DNA of 64,000 nucleotides from Phoronis australis (taxonomy: Eukaryota > Animalia > Phoronida): positions 1 through 64,000 of the forward strand of contig NMRA01001025.1 in the NCBI GenBank assembly GCA_002633005.1, given 5' to 3'. Each line of letters starts with the position of its first letter. Position 1 is the stretch's first letter. The notes beneath the pieces are model-generated. The model searched no databases. It was not told where the DNA came from and was given only the letters and a program-made list of their open reading frames with translations. A program made the position numbers and the translations under genes. Below, one piece after another: positions 1 through 12,692 of this stretch.

Positions 1-682
1 GTAAGTAAAAACCGTAAAGGACATTAAATTTGACATTTGTAAATTTCATCGAATTTTAAAGATATATTTGTATGATTATATACTAAAAGTTATGATGTTG
101 GCAACTGTATATCTGTAACATATCTGTAACATGAACTGCTTAAGACCAAAACAACAGCTCGGACTAGATGAGTGCCTTTTATAGGTAGGCTCTCTTCGCT
201 CGTCCTGGTGGCAGTGACCCCCCCCCGTATATGTATGTGTGTGGCAACCCATTTGTCTCTGAAATTGATAGCTGGACGATGGTCTACATGTGAATAACAG
301 TGAATTCTGAGAATTGTCCAATACTTTATCTGGGATTGTCAGTAGCTATCACAGGGTCGCGTTCCTCAAAAGCAACAAGACACTCTCGAAAACGCAAGGT
401 CACCCAATGCTTTGTTCTTTGCGAGATATCGTTTATAATAAGCACACTGGTCTTTTCCGAGAGTTTCGTACGAAATGGCACCCAGTATTTTGATACAGAT
501 GTCAAGACTTAAGTGGGAGAATGTGTCCACGTTTACGGCGGATTCATAGTTTCATGTTAAAAAAGGTCCAGGAACATCCATTTTAACACTTGAACATCTT
601 TGGTTGTTCAATCATAATGTAGTGAAAGTTTACATTTGACTCAACACCATGCATGGCAGTTATGCTTTTTCAATACTTAAAG

Positions 683-785
683 CGTCACGTTTGTGGAGGG
701 CATTGTCACTGACGTTATCGAGGATGAAAACGGAATAGTAAATGGCGTCAAGTACAGGACAGAAAATGGAGATAACCTCGTCAGG
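683..785 (+). CDS. SQLE: SQLE-like copy A, exon equivalent to exon 4 of copy B (gene is 5'-partial; the window starts at the preceding GT donor)
   Basis: 103-nt exon bounded by AG/GT; encodes (N)VTFVEGIVTDVIEDENGIVNGVKYRTENGDNLVR; same length and phase as 38880-38982. Base 1 gtaagt matches the donor at 38212. Confidence 0.88.
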
Positions 786-1944
786 GTAAGTTGGGGCCTA
801 CAAAAAGTCAAGTTGTCCTATAAAATTGCAAAACATTTCTTACAAGGTATAACAGCGTGAACATGTCGCCCACACATTCACAGTTGTACACTGACATCCC
901 AGGGACTCTTTGGATATGGAAATGCATTAACCGATTTTCTTAGGTGCAACAGTGCATCACGGCTATCCCCGTGCTCGATAAGTGCATTCCGTGGAAATAT
1001 AATACTGATACAACAATTGAGCTAGATCAACTTCTCCAGGTAATGCCTGAACGCTGGCATACAATTTCTGTAGTGGGGGTTTATCTCTGCAGGCCAGTCG
1101 GTAAACAAACCCTTTGATTTAAATAGCGCCATATACATCACACTCGAATGGACCTCTTTCACACAGTCGCCATTTTAAAAAATAAACCTCTCTCTGTTTT
1201 CTAAACGTGCCAAGGGCATTTGATTTGGTTATTACTAACACACTAAACAAGAAGTTTCCTCCCATTCTTTTGGTGTATGTAAATTTCACCATGTGGTGAA
1301 ATGCTCTCCGGTGGACCTTCAGCTCTGTTTATAAACTGAGTATTGGTTACCTTCAGCCATGACCAAACCTCCGAGATGAGCTATAACTGTTTCCGCTCCA
1401 TAAGTGAAGATTTCTCTCTGCACGAGAGTGGCTAATGTCTCGAGTCTATGGGAGCAAGCAAGCGCCATTATGCGTGTGATCAATAAGTACGCTCAAACAG
1501 AGCTACAGGTCCACCGAAAATTGCTTCTGTGAGATGCACGTAAATCAAACGAAACTTTTGTGTGGATGCGAGTATTTGTTGAATGACTTAGTACTAATAA
1601 AATCAAATTCCTTTTAGTTCTTATGAAATTACAAACGCTTCGTTTCACTTTTTTGTAACAATATATAGTTTTCCCATAAATGCAATTACCCATAAGGCAA
1701 AAGTCGTCCGCCATCTTTAAAGGCAAGCTTTTGTTGTGGGGTTCACGTGTTGAATGTGGCTACTATTCCGTGTATTGCTCCGTAGAATAATGTCAATTTT
1801 GAAAGAGAAGCAGAATACAGTACAGGAAAAGTATTATCAAGCACATTGGACGCGTATCGACCTCGACCTTCGGTTTCGGTCGATACGCGGAATAATGTCT
1901 CGTGGGATACTACTTCATCAACGCCACTCTCGGTACGTTTCGTG

Positions 1945-2545
1945 TATATCCTTATGTAGTTTGCCACGTACGATCACAAGAACTGAATTCAGATTAATCA
2001 TTTACTTGCGACTTACATTTAAACGTGAGGATACACCGTGTTGTTATGTTTGTCTCTTGTTGAAAACATTGTTCCTTTTCAAAGAACTGGGTCTCTTTCC
2101 ATGATGATGTGTAAGTTCAAAAACTGTTTTAAGTTGAACTCTGGAGGCAGACATTTTTCAAGAACTGGCGACCAGTAGGGTATGGCTGTGGTCGTCCGTC
2201 ATTAGAATAGCTGGTAACGGACATACAAAACAAGTAACAATTTTATGTGGAGTGGGCCTCTATATTGTTAAAAGAACACACAATGATTTAACCGGGGGTT
2301 TTGAACTAGGTGTCATTGAAAATGGGTTGTATGGATCAAAAACGACCAACGTCAAAGTCAGCGATATTGTTTAATAGGCGTTTTTATGCGATGTAGCAAA
2401 AAGGTTAATATTCCAAATTCCCTTATCAGCCTACCACCACGAATGTTGCTGACAGAAAGCTGAAACACAAAAAGTGGCGCCTCGTGAGACACGTGGCTTC
2501 AGGACTATTAATAGTAAAATGTTCAATTTCTGTCTTTATAGCTGT
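1945..2545 (-). mobile_element. Unclassified ~600-bp interspersed repeat; inverted relative to the copy at 33375-33920
   Basis: Reverse-complement blocks such as ggcgcctcgtgagacacgtggc / gccacgtgtctcactaggcgcc and tagctggtaacggacatacaaaac / gttttgtatgtccgttaccagcta; absent from the paralogous intron of copy B. Confidence 0.75.
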
Positions 2546-3105
2546 GTGCCATTGTATACCCACGTGATCAAGGTTTCATTGAATCTGATTTCAGTAGTTT
2601 CTTTCTTGAGTAAATCCGGATCGATACAGTAGGGTGGTTTGGATACTTTAAACGGGGTTTTACTAAACCCGCATTCTGTTCTAACAAAACCAGGCTTTCA
2701 GACTTGTAAACCACGTTAGGTCTAAAATTAGACCAAGTTTAGGAAGACCAGGTTCAGTCTTAAACCTGGTTTTATTAAACCACCTTTATGAAATCGGCTG
2801 CAGATGAAAAATAAGGTTAGTGGTGTGACAAGCAAATAATGAAACGTAGAAACTTCGAGTTCTTTTCAAGGGCTTGATTTCCTTGCAATTATATTTGAAG
2901 TATCATTTCTGGAGATTAATTCATGTGATCGCAATTGGAACGTGTGAGGGTGAATGGTGTACAATGCGAAGGTGGAACACACACGTATGTCACTGAATTC
3001 TACTATGTACATGTATGTACATGTACTCATAATCCTCCACTTTCAATCTTCCAACACTGTTTAGATCCAGGGTATGTTTACTGACCAGGAATTTTATTGT
3101 TTCAG

Positions 3106-3400
3106 GAGTTTCATGCAGCTGTCACAGTAGTTGCCGATGGGCGATTTTCAAAGTTTCGTAAGCAGTTCATGACCAAAAGTCCAGTGAGTAGCTACGTGGC
3201 CGTTGGCACTCTTTTGGATGGAGACAGCTCCATGGAGGACGCAAACCAACTCCACTACTACTCATTCGACGATCTCTCATGCTACATGGTAGTGTACGAC
3301 ATTTCTGACACAGACCGCCGCGCTATGCTCTTTGCAGCCGATGGAACTTCGAAGAACATGAAGGAATTTATAGCAGATGTCATTGCCCCCAGGTTGCCAG
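3106..3400 (+). CDS. SQLE: SQLE-like copy A, exon 5 equivalent
   Basis: ttcag|GAG ... CCAG|gtgagt; 295 nt; encodes EFHAAVTVVADGRFSKFRK, the SQLE DG motif (human TVVADGLFSKFRK). Confidence 0.92.
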
Positions 3401-4006
3401 GTGAGTAATTTTTTGTTGATAAATTCCAAGGACGCACCCTTGCTAGAAGGAGATTTAGTCACGAGGTGCGATAAAAATCGGTTTTGTGAACTTTTTCATG
3501 TTCAGTTTGTACAATTGCGACTTTAGGTGAATACAGTCTACATGTACCTGCTCTCTACTAAAATTAACTAAGTTTTGGTTTAGATCATTTTTTTGTAAAA
3601 ATTGGTCTTACCTTCTTCCGTACTTGGTTTAGAAGAGAGATTGAAATCAAATGGACAGATTTGGCTACAGCTGTGGTTCCTAGTGGCAACTTTTTTACGT
3701 TTACACTTGTGTCTTTGTAGTTCTTTGACGAATTTTCATGAGATTTGGCAAAGAGTTTGGAGAGACGACACATTCCCATTTTCAGAATCAATTATTCATA
3801 TTTTTCACTCTACATGTTGTCGAAATGAAACAATTCACCAAATTTCAACCCTGTAATGCTGCTGTTATACTATTAGAAAATCGCATTCTATAGTCTATCT
3901 AGGGTAGACTTTTAAGAACCACTACATCATGAACACATTTGCTGCCCTCACTTCTGATTTGCCAAAACAGAGTAAGTGATTCTTGCTATCATTTTCTTGG
4001 CATCAG

Positions 4007-4339
4007 AGAGATTGCAAGCCCCCCTACGAGATGGCCTGGTGAAGAACGGAATTCGAACATGCAGGGCGAATTACCTCCCAACAGATCGCGTATTCATGCC
4101 CGGCCTTCTTGTTTTGGGTGACGCATTGAGCATGCGCCATCCTGTGACTGGAAGTGGAATGACAGTGTGCCTGGAAGACATCAAACTGTGGGTAGATCTA
4201 ATGTCTGAAATACCGAATCTCTACGACTACGAAGGAATGAAAGAAGCTACCAGGATTTTTTACGGACAGCGCAAGCCTCATATATTTACCATAAGCTGCT
4301 TAGCTGAAATTTGGAACGGCGTGTTTTCCTCCTCTGATG
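4007..4339 (+). CDS. SQLE: SQLE-like copy A, exon 6 equivalent
   Basis: 333 nt, AG/GT bounded; encodes GLLVLGDALSMRHPVTGSGMTV, matching the SQLE GD motif GDAYNMRHPLTGGGMTV. Confidence 0.93.
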
Positions 4340-4512
4340 GTAAGCAAAGGACTATTAGTACATTCTGGAAAAGATTGTCTTCATGATTTAAATGTCGATT
4401 ATATGTATACAAGTATGCCACTTGCGTTCTCATATTTCCATTAATTGTAGAGGCAAACTGGGATTTGATATGTTGTTTATTTAAACAATCCAAATACATC
4501 TTCTTACTGTAG

Positions 4513-4600
4513 CTTACCTGAAACAACTGAAGTTGGGGATGATAAACTACTTAAAACTGGGTGGCAAGTGTGCAGAAGAACCTGTACTAATGTTCGCGGG
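4513..4600 (+). CDS. SQLE: SQLE-like copy A, exon 7 equivalent
   Basis: 88 nt, tgtag|...GCGGG|gtaag; encodes AYLKQLKLGMINYLKLGGKCAEEPVLMFAG (human [20 protein letters not shown]). Not in the ORF track. Confidence 0.88.
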
Positions 4601-5814
4601 GTAAGTATACAGTCACATATTCTTTTTTGGTCAGGAGAGCGTTCTCTATCTTCAGTCACTCGCGATACACTTGCGGCGAGAATTCTTAGTCAATGATACT
4701 TAATAATCACATTCGTTTTAGGCCAAAACAGATCCACGAATTTAAGATGAGCCCGTACGTTGATTCGACGTTTCGGTTTATTACTTTAAATCATTTTCAA
4801 GGCAACAGTTCACATACTCGAACAGGCGACACAAGTGGAAAACAAACTGTGTAGGTACACGTCAAAATGCATTGTGAGATGAGACTAGAAATCAAAACAG
4901 TTGGAACTCAAATGAACCAATGTTTCTATTGCGATAGCGCTCAACATGGTTCAACCGTAAAAGTTTAATACTAAAAAATCAATGCGCGCGGCTGTTTTTG
5001 TGCCATTTTTTACAGTTTGTTGGTATCCACAGCACTTGTTTCTATGTCACGTTGATCTTGGTGTCACGCTGAGGCGATCAAGAAAATATACTTACAGATT
5101 TAGAATGATTTTTCCTCTAACTTATTACAAGAGGGGGTCTTTAATCTGAAATTTGTCGTATCTTTACGATGAGCCAGAACAACTAATGCGTACCGGAAAT
5201 GCGACGTATTCACCATTTTAAGTTTCAACTATGCTTTTTATGCAAACACATGGCTAACTAAATAAACAACCAAATTTGTACAACCCAACATAAATCAAGA
5301 ATACCCGAAACAAAATAACGACGGTTTTGCACTAGGTGGTGTCAATACTTTCTCAAGGACAACATGATCACCATTCAGGAATTATTCCTGAACTCATGCA
5401 CAGGAAACTCAGGCCACGGATATAGACGGGAATAGTCGATGATTTCTGATTTTCGACCGAGCTACAAAATTAATTAAAACTGATTGGAATGACATAAAAG
5501 ATAATGATAAAACACCATAAGCCTGATACATATTATTTAACTTACTATGAATTTTCAAAAGATTGAGATAGGATTTTTAAGTAGTGAGCCCAGGTTTTAA
5601 AGTCGGGGTACAGAACAGAACCACCTATGGACTTAGTTATCCTAAACCTGTAATGGTGCTCGTATCAATAAACAGGTCGTTATGCTTGTCATGTCTAAAG
5701 GGATTTTTTACAACGGCCAAAGCATATCTAAAGTTTTTCACTTTGTTTTGCAAACATTTTTCGTTTTCTAAAACATTTCGGTGAAATACAGCGAGTAATC
5801 TTGTTGTTTTTTAG

Positions 5815-5998
5815 GTATACGACTGCGCCTCTGTCCTTGTTGAAGCACCTCACAACAGCATTGCTATTTACCTGTTATCAGACGCTGATCAGCCAACCGT
5901 TGGTGAAATTGCCTTTATCCTTCTTCAACGCCGCAGGCATCTTCGCTAAAGCAATGGGCCTCACGTTGAAATTCACAATTCAAGAGTTTTGGGTGTAG
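5815..5998 (+). CDS. SQLE: SQLE-like copy A, terminal coding exon (C-terminal membrane helices)
   Basis: ttttag|G; 184 nt ending in TAG; encodes YTTAPLSLLKHLTTALLFTCY...QEFWV*; phase matches the previous exon. Confidence 0.88.
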
Positions 5999-6176
5999 AC
6001 TTCACGGATCTGTCGAACTCTACCATAGCTAAGATAAAATGATTAATCAGGGTGTGGGGAACAAATTATCGAAGCATGAGGTGGTGGCGTATTAATATTT
6101 AGGAATGATGTTGCTCCTCGCCAATCCATGATGTCGATATCTAACGGCTTCGATTTTGGTGTGTGTGTAATATGAT

Positions 6177-6242
6177 CACTTATTATAAACGGAAACGTCA
6201 CTTATTATAAACGGAAACGTCACTTATTATAAGCGGAAACGT
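6177..6242. repeat. 22-bp tandem repeat x3 in the 3' region of SQLE copy A
   Basis: cacttattataaacggaaacgt x3 (one mismatch); absent at the paralogous site near 46393. Confidence 0.9.
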
Positions 6243-6809
6243 CATAAATTTCAGGCATTTCGTCTGGAGCTCATTAAGTACCACATGTTTATCTATTGAC
6301 CTTCACTGTATAGCCTCGGACTTTTCCGAAATTTATAATAGTATAGGTTTGTTATAACTTGTAATGGGATCAAAAATTCAACCCACAATTCCCTGCTCTG
6401 ATCGTAGTCTCGGACATGCTGTTTACATCAGGCACAGACTAAGCTAAAGACAATCCCATATAGGTAATTTTGATGAATACGTGTTATTGTGTGGCTAGGT
6501 CTTTCCATGTATCTCGAAAAAAGAATAGCGGTGGATTGTGGCGAATGTTGCCGCAGGTCCCACACTCCTGCATGGCTGATCGAAATTGCCGCCTGTTCAA
6601 AATGACAGGATGCGCGAATCTGTTGCTATCGCACTACAGTTTTGGGAAGTCACTAATGTACTGTTTTTATTCCACAAATTTATTCCAGATAAGGTGATCT
6701 TGCGAGTAAGACGAGCATTGATCTCGCGAATTTTTGCGAAGTTTTCGCATAAAAAATGTGAAAATCTTAAATCCCCATTAAAATGTACTAGATCGCAAAT
6801 ACCTGTATA

Positions 6810-7020
6810 TTAAGTCTGATCAACACGTCACCTGTTGGCCATATCACGTGACATCAATTATACAATGCAAGTTGTCGTGAAGGCTTAGTGGACTAGAACT
6901 TCAGCACGTTTGGCAGAAGTTCCTTGGTTCATGTCCCGGTAGGGGCAAAAATTGTTTCAGACTACTATTCATGTTAGATAAAGTGATGTGGCCAACAGGT
7001 GGCATGCAAACCAGACTTAA
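6810..7020 (+). mobile_element. Inverted-repeat element with a tRNA-like core
   Basis: TIR ttaagtctg...cacctgttggcca / tggccaacaggtg...cagacttaa enclosing ggcttagtgg (A-box-like) and ggttcatgtccc (B-box-like). Confidence 0.65.
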
Positions 7021-7949
7021 ATATGTTTGCAGTTTAGTCAAGGTTTATTGCCACGATATGCGTCACTTTAGCATTCCACATACATGTATATGTCATTTAG
7101 TCACAACTTTAAATGGAATGCAATCTATGGAATAGAATACGAACCCGAATGTGAAATGCCGATTGTCTGTGAAACTTGTGAACTGTTTTCTGGCGCATTG
7201 TGGATTGCAGGAATGTACTATTTGCTGACCTCTCAACGCACCTGTTTTTGATGTAGATTTAACGCAGGAATGTGAAAGTACTGATAAGAATTGGCTATAC
7301 GCAGGGATAATTTTGAGAGCAAGTGCCGCGTCAATGGTGCAAAAATAATTTCAATAACGCACTCTGATTGCTTAATTTACTTGGGCCAACAGTCCCATTA
7401 ACACTGGAAACTAAAAAGGACAGAAAAACAACATGGCCCATAGCACCGCCAAATTGGCCCATAGACTCGAAACCGTGTGTTTCAATTCATCTTTATTAAA
7501 ACTATTCCTAAACTACTTTTATTGAAATGATAAAAAATCGTAATTCTTGTGATCATGTGCCCCCCCCCCTCCACGCAACAGGCCAAGCCTTCAGAATAGA
7601 CATCCTTGGACCTACAAAGACTAATATTTATGTTTCTAGGGCCCTCAGTGAAAGATAAAACACAGGCGTCCCATTAACCTCAGCGCACTTTCCGATTCTC
7701 CTGTGTTTGCATACGGGCGTCGGTATGCCACTTGTCACGAAGTCAGAAACGTCTGAACACATTAAAGTGTTTGCTTGAACACCATCGTGGATCACAAGGC
7801 CAGTTTACACGTCCCGATTTTGCATTCGTGAGTAAATATACTCATACGAAAAACATGTCAAGTTTTTTGTGGTAAATCAACATGCGTTTCGAGGGAATTA
7901 GCGGCAAGGCAATAGCGGATTTGCAGCGCAGACGAACTACGCATTGCGC

Positions 7950-9306
7950 ATGTGCGAGTTACTTCCTTCGCGAAGGCTCATGGGATAGCTTGTGGTCAGG
8001 CATGTCTTGAGCAGGCTGGATAGTGTATGCATTTGGAGTGATTTGCAAACTAAAAACCACGTTTCATTTTTTTGCTTTATAATACCAAGCAAGTCCTCTC
8101 TCTCGTTTGTAAACACAGCGTAGCTATGATCAGTGACCGTGTGACCGAGGGCACGACTGTCGTCATGTTCAGTATTGGGGCTATCGGCGTTGATTTCGAA
8201 ATCTCCTCCGGTTTCAGACAAGTTGAGAGTTCTTGGGTTGCTTAACTTTTGTAGCTTTCGCCGTGGATATGCTAGAGACGTTAATTTTAAGAGGAAACTC
8301 CGTCGGAATGTTGTTCTCATAAGTCCTTTTTCCACCAGGAAAATGTTCGCTGCACACACGATGGCCCCTAGGCAATTACATCGCACTGGATGCCGCAGGC
8401 ATTCAGGGGCGATAGTACATCCTCACAAAAAGTTACTCATTTCAAAATACAGCAAATAAAATCAAATGAACCATACATATAGGAACACGGAGTTACAATT
8501 AACACATACCACGACTCAGGATACAATTTAGTCAGCAAAACTTGAACAAATCGATGAAAATCTGTCGCGGTTTGCTCGAGTTTCTCTCAGTTACCGGGTG
8601 CCATTTTGAGGAAGTTACGTGAAAATTACGCATGTTGACGAATAAAAAGTCCAAGGGACACACATCTTACAAGTTTCACCCGATACCTTCTCATGCTATT
8701 TTACAAGTGTCGCGCGCTAGCGTCACGCGCTTCGCTCAGTCTCGCGCTAACCCTTGCCTAACTCACATGATTCAGTTGACATGCTTTGTGGCTATCGTGC
8801 ACGCGGTGATAAAATTAACGGCAACAAAAAAGTGGAGTTGTAATTCTTCGCCAAAGTCAACTTAATTCTCACAACTAAGCTTCATCAAAGATATGTATAG
8901 AAGTAGAAAGGACCAATGAAGAAAGTAAGCGTTTTTTAAATGAAAGTTTTAAGTGTAGATTGTATTTTTGACGAGGTGAAAACTCGAAATCGGTATCCCA
9001 AATCCGGTCACGGCCAGTTTAAAATACACTGAAGTAACGAAATGAATACAGAAAGCGAATGGAAGTATTGTAGCCCCTATATGGCCAACCGAGGGGCTAC
9101 GTGTTGCCTACTAGATGGCCCCGCGTTGGTTTGAATGCGCTAAATCTCGCCTTACTCCCAGCTCTCCTAATGTTGTTTATCCATTTTTCACGAAGTTCTT
9201 GGTTTGCAGGGAACACATAAAAACTCAGATTTTTATCTCTCTTGTTGTTTTTGAAGCAGCCAGGAACACAACATGTGTATCCGCCGTAAGTTTTCTTCGC
9301 GCTCAT
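7950..9306 (-). pseudogene. Disrupted THAP zinc-finger ORF (probably transposon-derived), split by an insertion
   Basis: 9306-9114 encodes MSAKKTYGGYTCCVPGCFKNNKRDKNLSFYVFPANQELREKWINNIRR...TRGH; continues below 8360 as [23 protein letters not shown], then after a frameshift the DHSY (HCF-binding-like) motif. Confidence 0.85.
8369..9113. mobile_element. 745-bp insertion flanked by the 9-bp direct repeat GATGGCCCC
   Basis: Repeat at 8360-8368 and 9114-9122; ends taggcaa / ttgccta(cta); its right ~230 bp is shared with ~25125-25338. Confidence 0.7.
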
Positions 9307-10159
9307 ACCGCGTATTATGCTTGTTACTATGGCCGCTTTCGGAATCCTGACCACAGCACCCACAATGCACCATATTAACCTAATTTCAATATGGCGTCGC
9401 TGCAAATCCGCTATTAGATCAAGCCACGGGTGGCGGAGGCATTTCTTGCTAGTATTGACCGGCGCACTCTTTGTGAATATCATCTTGACAAAACTGGTTA
9501 CTGTGGCGGAAATTTAATAAGAAACATAGAAAACTATCAGGAAGAAGATTCACAATGACAGGAATTTTGTTTTTTACGAATCGTAGGATTTGAGTGTGTG
9601 TTAAGTAAGGCAAAATATGTGCTAATAAAATTTAATGAGGTCACGAGTTTCACATGTCCTTTTATTTATTATGACCTTGAGGGGTCATTCAAAATCTGGC
9701 GTGAACAAGGGCAACAAGAATAATTGCATGAAATATCGAACCAAGAGAAATATTACATGGACTTGATATGTCCCGAAAATTGATTCTCCCACCATGCGAA
9801 TTCTTTACTCGTCTTTTAAAAATGTTAAACACGGCTTTGCCTGCATTTCATTGATCCGGAAGTGATAAATTTCCAGAATACGACTAATTTCAATTAGCTT
9901 TGAAATTTGTCGGAAATATGTTCTGCAGTCTTAGATAAAGCTGCATTTTGCCGTGTATAGCTGGCTAAAAATGGCAATCGAATAAGATCTTTTACTCTCA
10001 TAAAGAGGTTCCATAAGGGCCTTATAGTGACAGGAATATGTTTCGGTAATCAACAAGAGCATCAAAACCCTCGTCGACTAAAAAAATGCTTTGGGATTTT
10101 AACCCTGAAATTAAAAAATCGAAAATGGGTGACCTACGTTGGTAACAGAATTACGTTAA

Positions 10160-12692
10160 AGGAGAATGCCACTTTATTAGTATTTTTACCATCTTAATCG
10201 GTCTATGTCCACATCGCCTCTTATACGGTCGACCTCACCTTGCCGAGAGGTGTCGCATTAACCTGTGAGGAAGGTGAGAAACGACGCACCGACGTCAGTG
10301 GTTCGTTTTCAAAGTGAATGCCGCTCTTTTGCAGTGAATCTTTCCCGCTTGTCCGAACTATGATCCTGCGAAGAAAGCGGGTATATCGTTTTTTCGACTT
10401 CCTCGAGAACTCGAAATGCTCAGGAAGTGGCTGGCGGTAGTGGATAATGAAAAATACGCAAATATGAGGCCGTGAAACATCTCCGTGTCTGTGGCCGGCA
10501 TTTCATCGACAGTGATATCTCTGGCGAATTCCGGCTTCCCAAAGAACCACCCATATACGTTCCGTTACCTGTGCATGTTCACGGCGCCTCTCTAGTATTT
10601 CTCAGATCAGTGTATTCCGGTTCGAACTGATAGTCTGTGAAACCTAACGATCCGACCCGTGAACTCTTTGTCGGATAAGCTCTTGACTAAGTCGGGATTG
10701 GCGCCGGCGAGTTGCCATGTAGTCGTTTATTATTTAGCGTTCTGTTTCAAAATGAATTATTCCCATCCTAACCAATACTTATATAAAACTGAAATAAAAT
10801 CTGCCTCATTAGATACAATTTGTAATGCCTTTGCAGTATTCGTGAGTGCAAATGTTGAGAAGCCAGCAATGAATAAATCACTGCGTTACCGGCTTTTGAT
10901 TCCGGCAATAAAGGTAATTGACCGGGCACCGAGGCCGTGAGAGCGCATGCTAATTCAGTGGTGTTTGCTGGCAGAAAGCTGNNNNNNNNNNNNNNNNNNN
11001 NNNNNNNNNNNNNNNNNNNNNNNNNNNNNNNNNNNNNNNNNNNNNNNNNNNNNNNNNNNNNNNNNNNNNNTCCCCGGAGGGTTGTAGATAGACACGATTG
11101 TAGTGGTTTTGCTGTTGATGCGGCATTCAACCGCCACTACTTCTGCTGAGAGCATATTTGTGTCAATGGGAGTGAAATCAACCCCTTGCCTGACAAGGAT
11201 GCCCACCCCGCCGCCCGAGCGGTCGGAGCGATCTCTCCGTACAATGCTGTAGCCAGGTATTGTGAATTTGATTTTGTCGGACAGGCCGGTTTCGTTCATG
11301 GATACTACGTCTGGTTTTTCGTCGGCAAGATACTCTATTAGAGTTTGCCGTTTTCCTCTCGCCCCATTGAGGTTGATGTGTAGTAGACTAGCCATGACGG
11401 AAACACGTGGTGTCTCTTTTGTTACTGTCAAAATTTCACTGTCTGGTTACCAGCTGGAGGACCTGTGAGCCATTCAGATCTGTCTTGTAGTTTGTGTTGA
11501 CCGAGTCAACGATCAGCTGACTGACTTCCTCTTTTGCGAAGTCAAGCCCTAGTTTCTTTGCCATTATGCCCACCGCCAGCTCGGTGAGCGTCATTGCCAG
11601 TCTGAGGACCTCGAGGTTGTTTGACGGGCCCTTAGCAGCCTGGGCATATGACAGCTGCTTTGTTTTCGTTGCTGTCTTATACTCCGCGTAGGACTTGCAT
11701 GACCTGTGGTTCGCTGGGTGTGGGCCACCGCAGTTAGCACAGGTCGGCGCATCCTCGCGTTTGTCACATTCGGATGACTTGTGGTTATTACCACAGTGGT
11801 TGCATTTGTCCACTTCGGACTTGCAATCTGTGCTGAAGTGGCCGTATTCACGGCAGAAAGCTGTTGTGAAACAATTACTCGATTTTATATGCTATGGTCA
11901 CGTGTTAGGGGAATCTTTATTTGGAAATACGAATATATTATTCAAATCATTGTTACTGTACAACCTTTGCGTTGATGGTCTGTGGAAGGGGAGCCCGACT
12001 TCGCGGCCCCCGAGAAGTAGGTAAATTTTCAGTTTCGTGGCTAATTCACATAAATAATTACGTGCACATTATTTTTTGGCTCACTATCATAGTCTTTTCG
12101 TGACTGTAGGTTTAGTTTCCAACTCAAGCTGGTTTATGTTGGTTTCAGTCTCGGCGGCCGCGATGGATCTGATCGGGTTCCGAGCCACTGGCCGGGATAA
12201 CAAGCGTTTTGTTTGTTTTACAACTCAAAAAATCACAAGTCTAAACAACAAAGGTCTAGGTTCTCCTGTTTGTATTTCACGGAAGAATACTTCGAATTTA
12301 TCTCCGAACAGACCCCAAACTCCTGCTACGGACCTTGGTAAATTGGCCTGTCGATCTTTGTAGGCTACAGTGTGTCCAAATACCAATAAATCCGTAAGAG
12401 CTAAATAAAACAATACGTTTTTATAAGAACTCGGTGTATTTTTAAGGGTTTTACATCGAAGTTTGATGATTTATTGGTATTAATCGATGAATTCAAGCGA
12501 TAAGCTGACACCAGTAACCCGTGTAGTGAACTGCTGAACCGACTGCGTGTGAAACCAATGACGTCATTGGATATTTTCAACACCTCCGTCTGCCGTCAGG
12601 TGTTAGGTAACGCAACCGAATGTGCCGTTATCGAGTAGAACTACTTGATCTAATTTGATACAAAATAGGTTGTTTTGGGCTGGCATTCTCCT
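10160..12692 (+). mobile_element. Kolobok-type DNA transposon remnant with a THAP domain
   Basis: TTAA|AGGAGAATGCCA ... TGGCATTCTCCT|TTAA (12-bp TIR, TTAA TSD); degenerate THAP at ~10317-10560: CPNY...ISFFRLPRELEMLRKWLAVV...HLRVCGRHF. Confidence 0.8.
10982..11851 (-). mobile_element. 5'-truncated non-LTR retrotransposon (I/Jockey-like: CCHC ORF1 plus APE ORF2); 3' part lies in the assembly gap
   Basis: ORF1 knuckles CREYGHFSTDC, CNHCGNNHKSSEC and CANCGGPHPANHRSC; ORF2 from 11395 encodes LLHINLNG...PDVVSMNET...RRDR...GGGVGILVR (APE endonuclease); flanked by GGCAGAAAGCTG at 10970-10981 and 11852-11863. Confidence 0.9.

Noticed and set aside
3097-4386. ORF-track starts and ends for the SQLE pieces as separate small proteins
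   Set aside because: The extensions are intronic read-through; splice sites and paralog conservation define the real exons.
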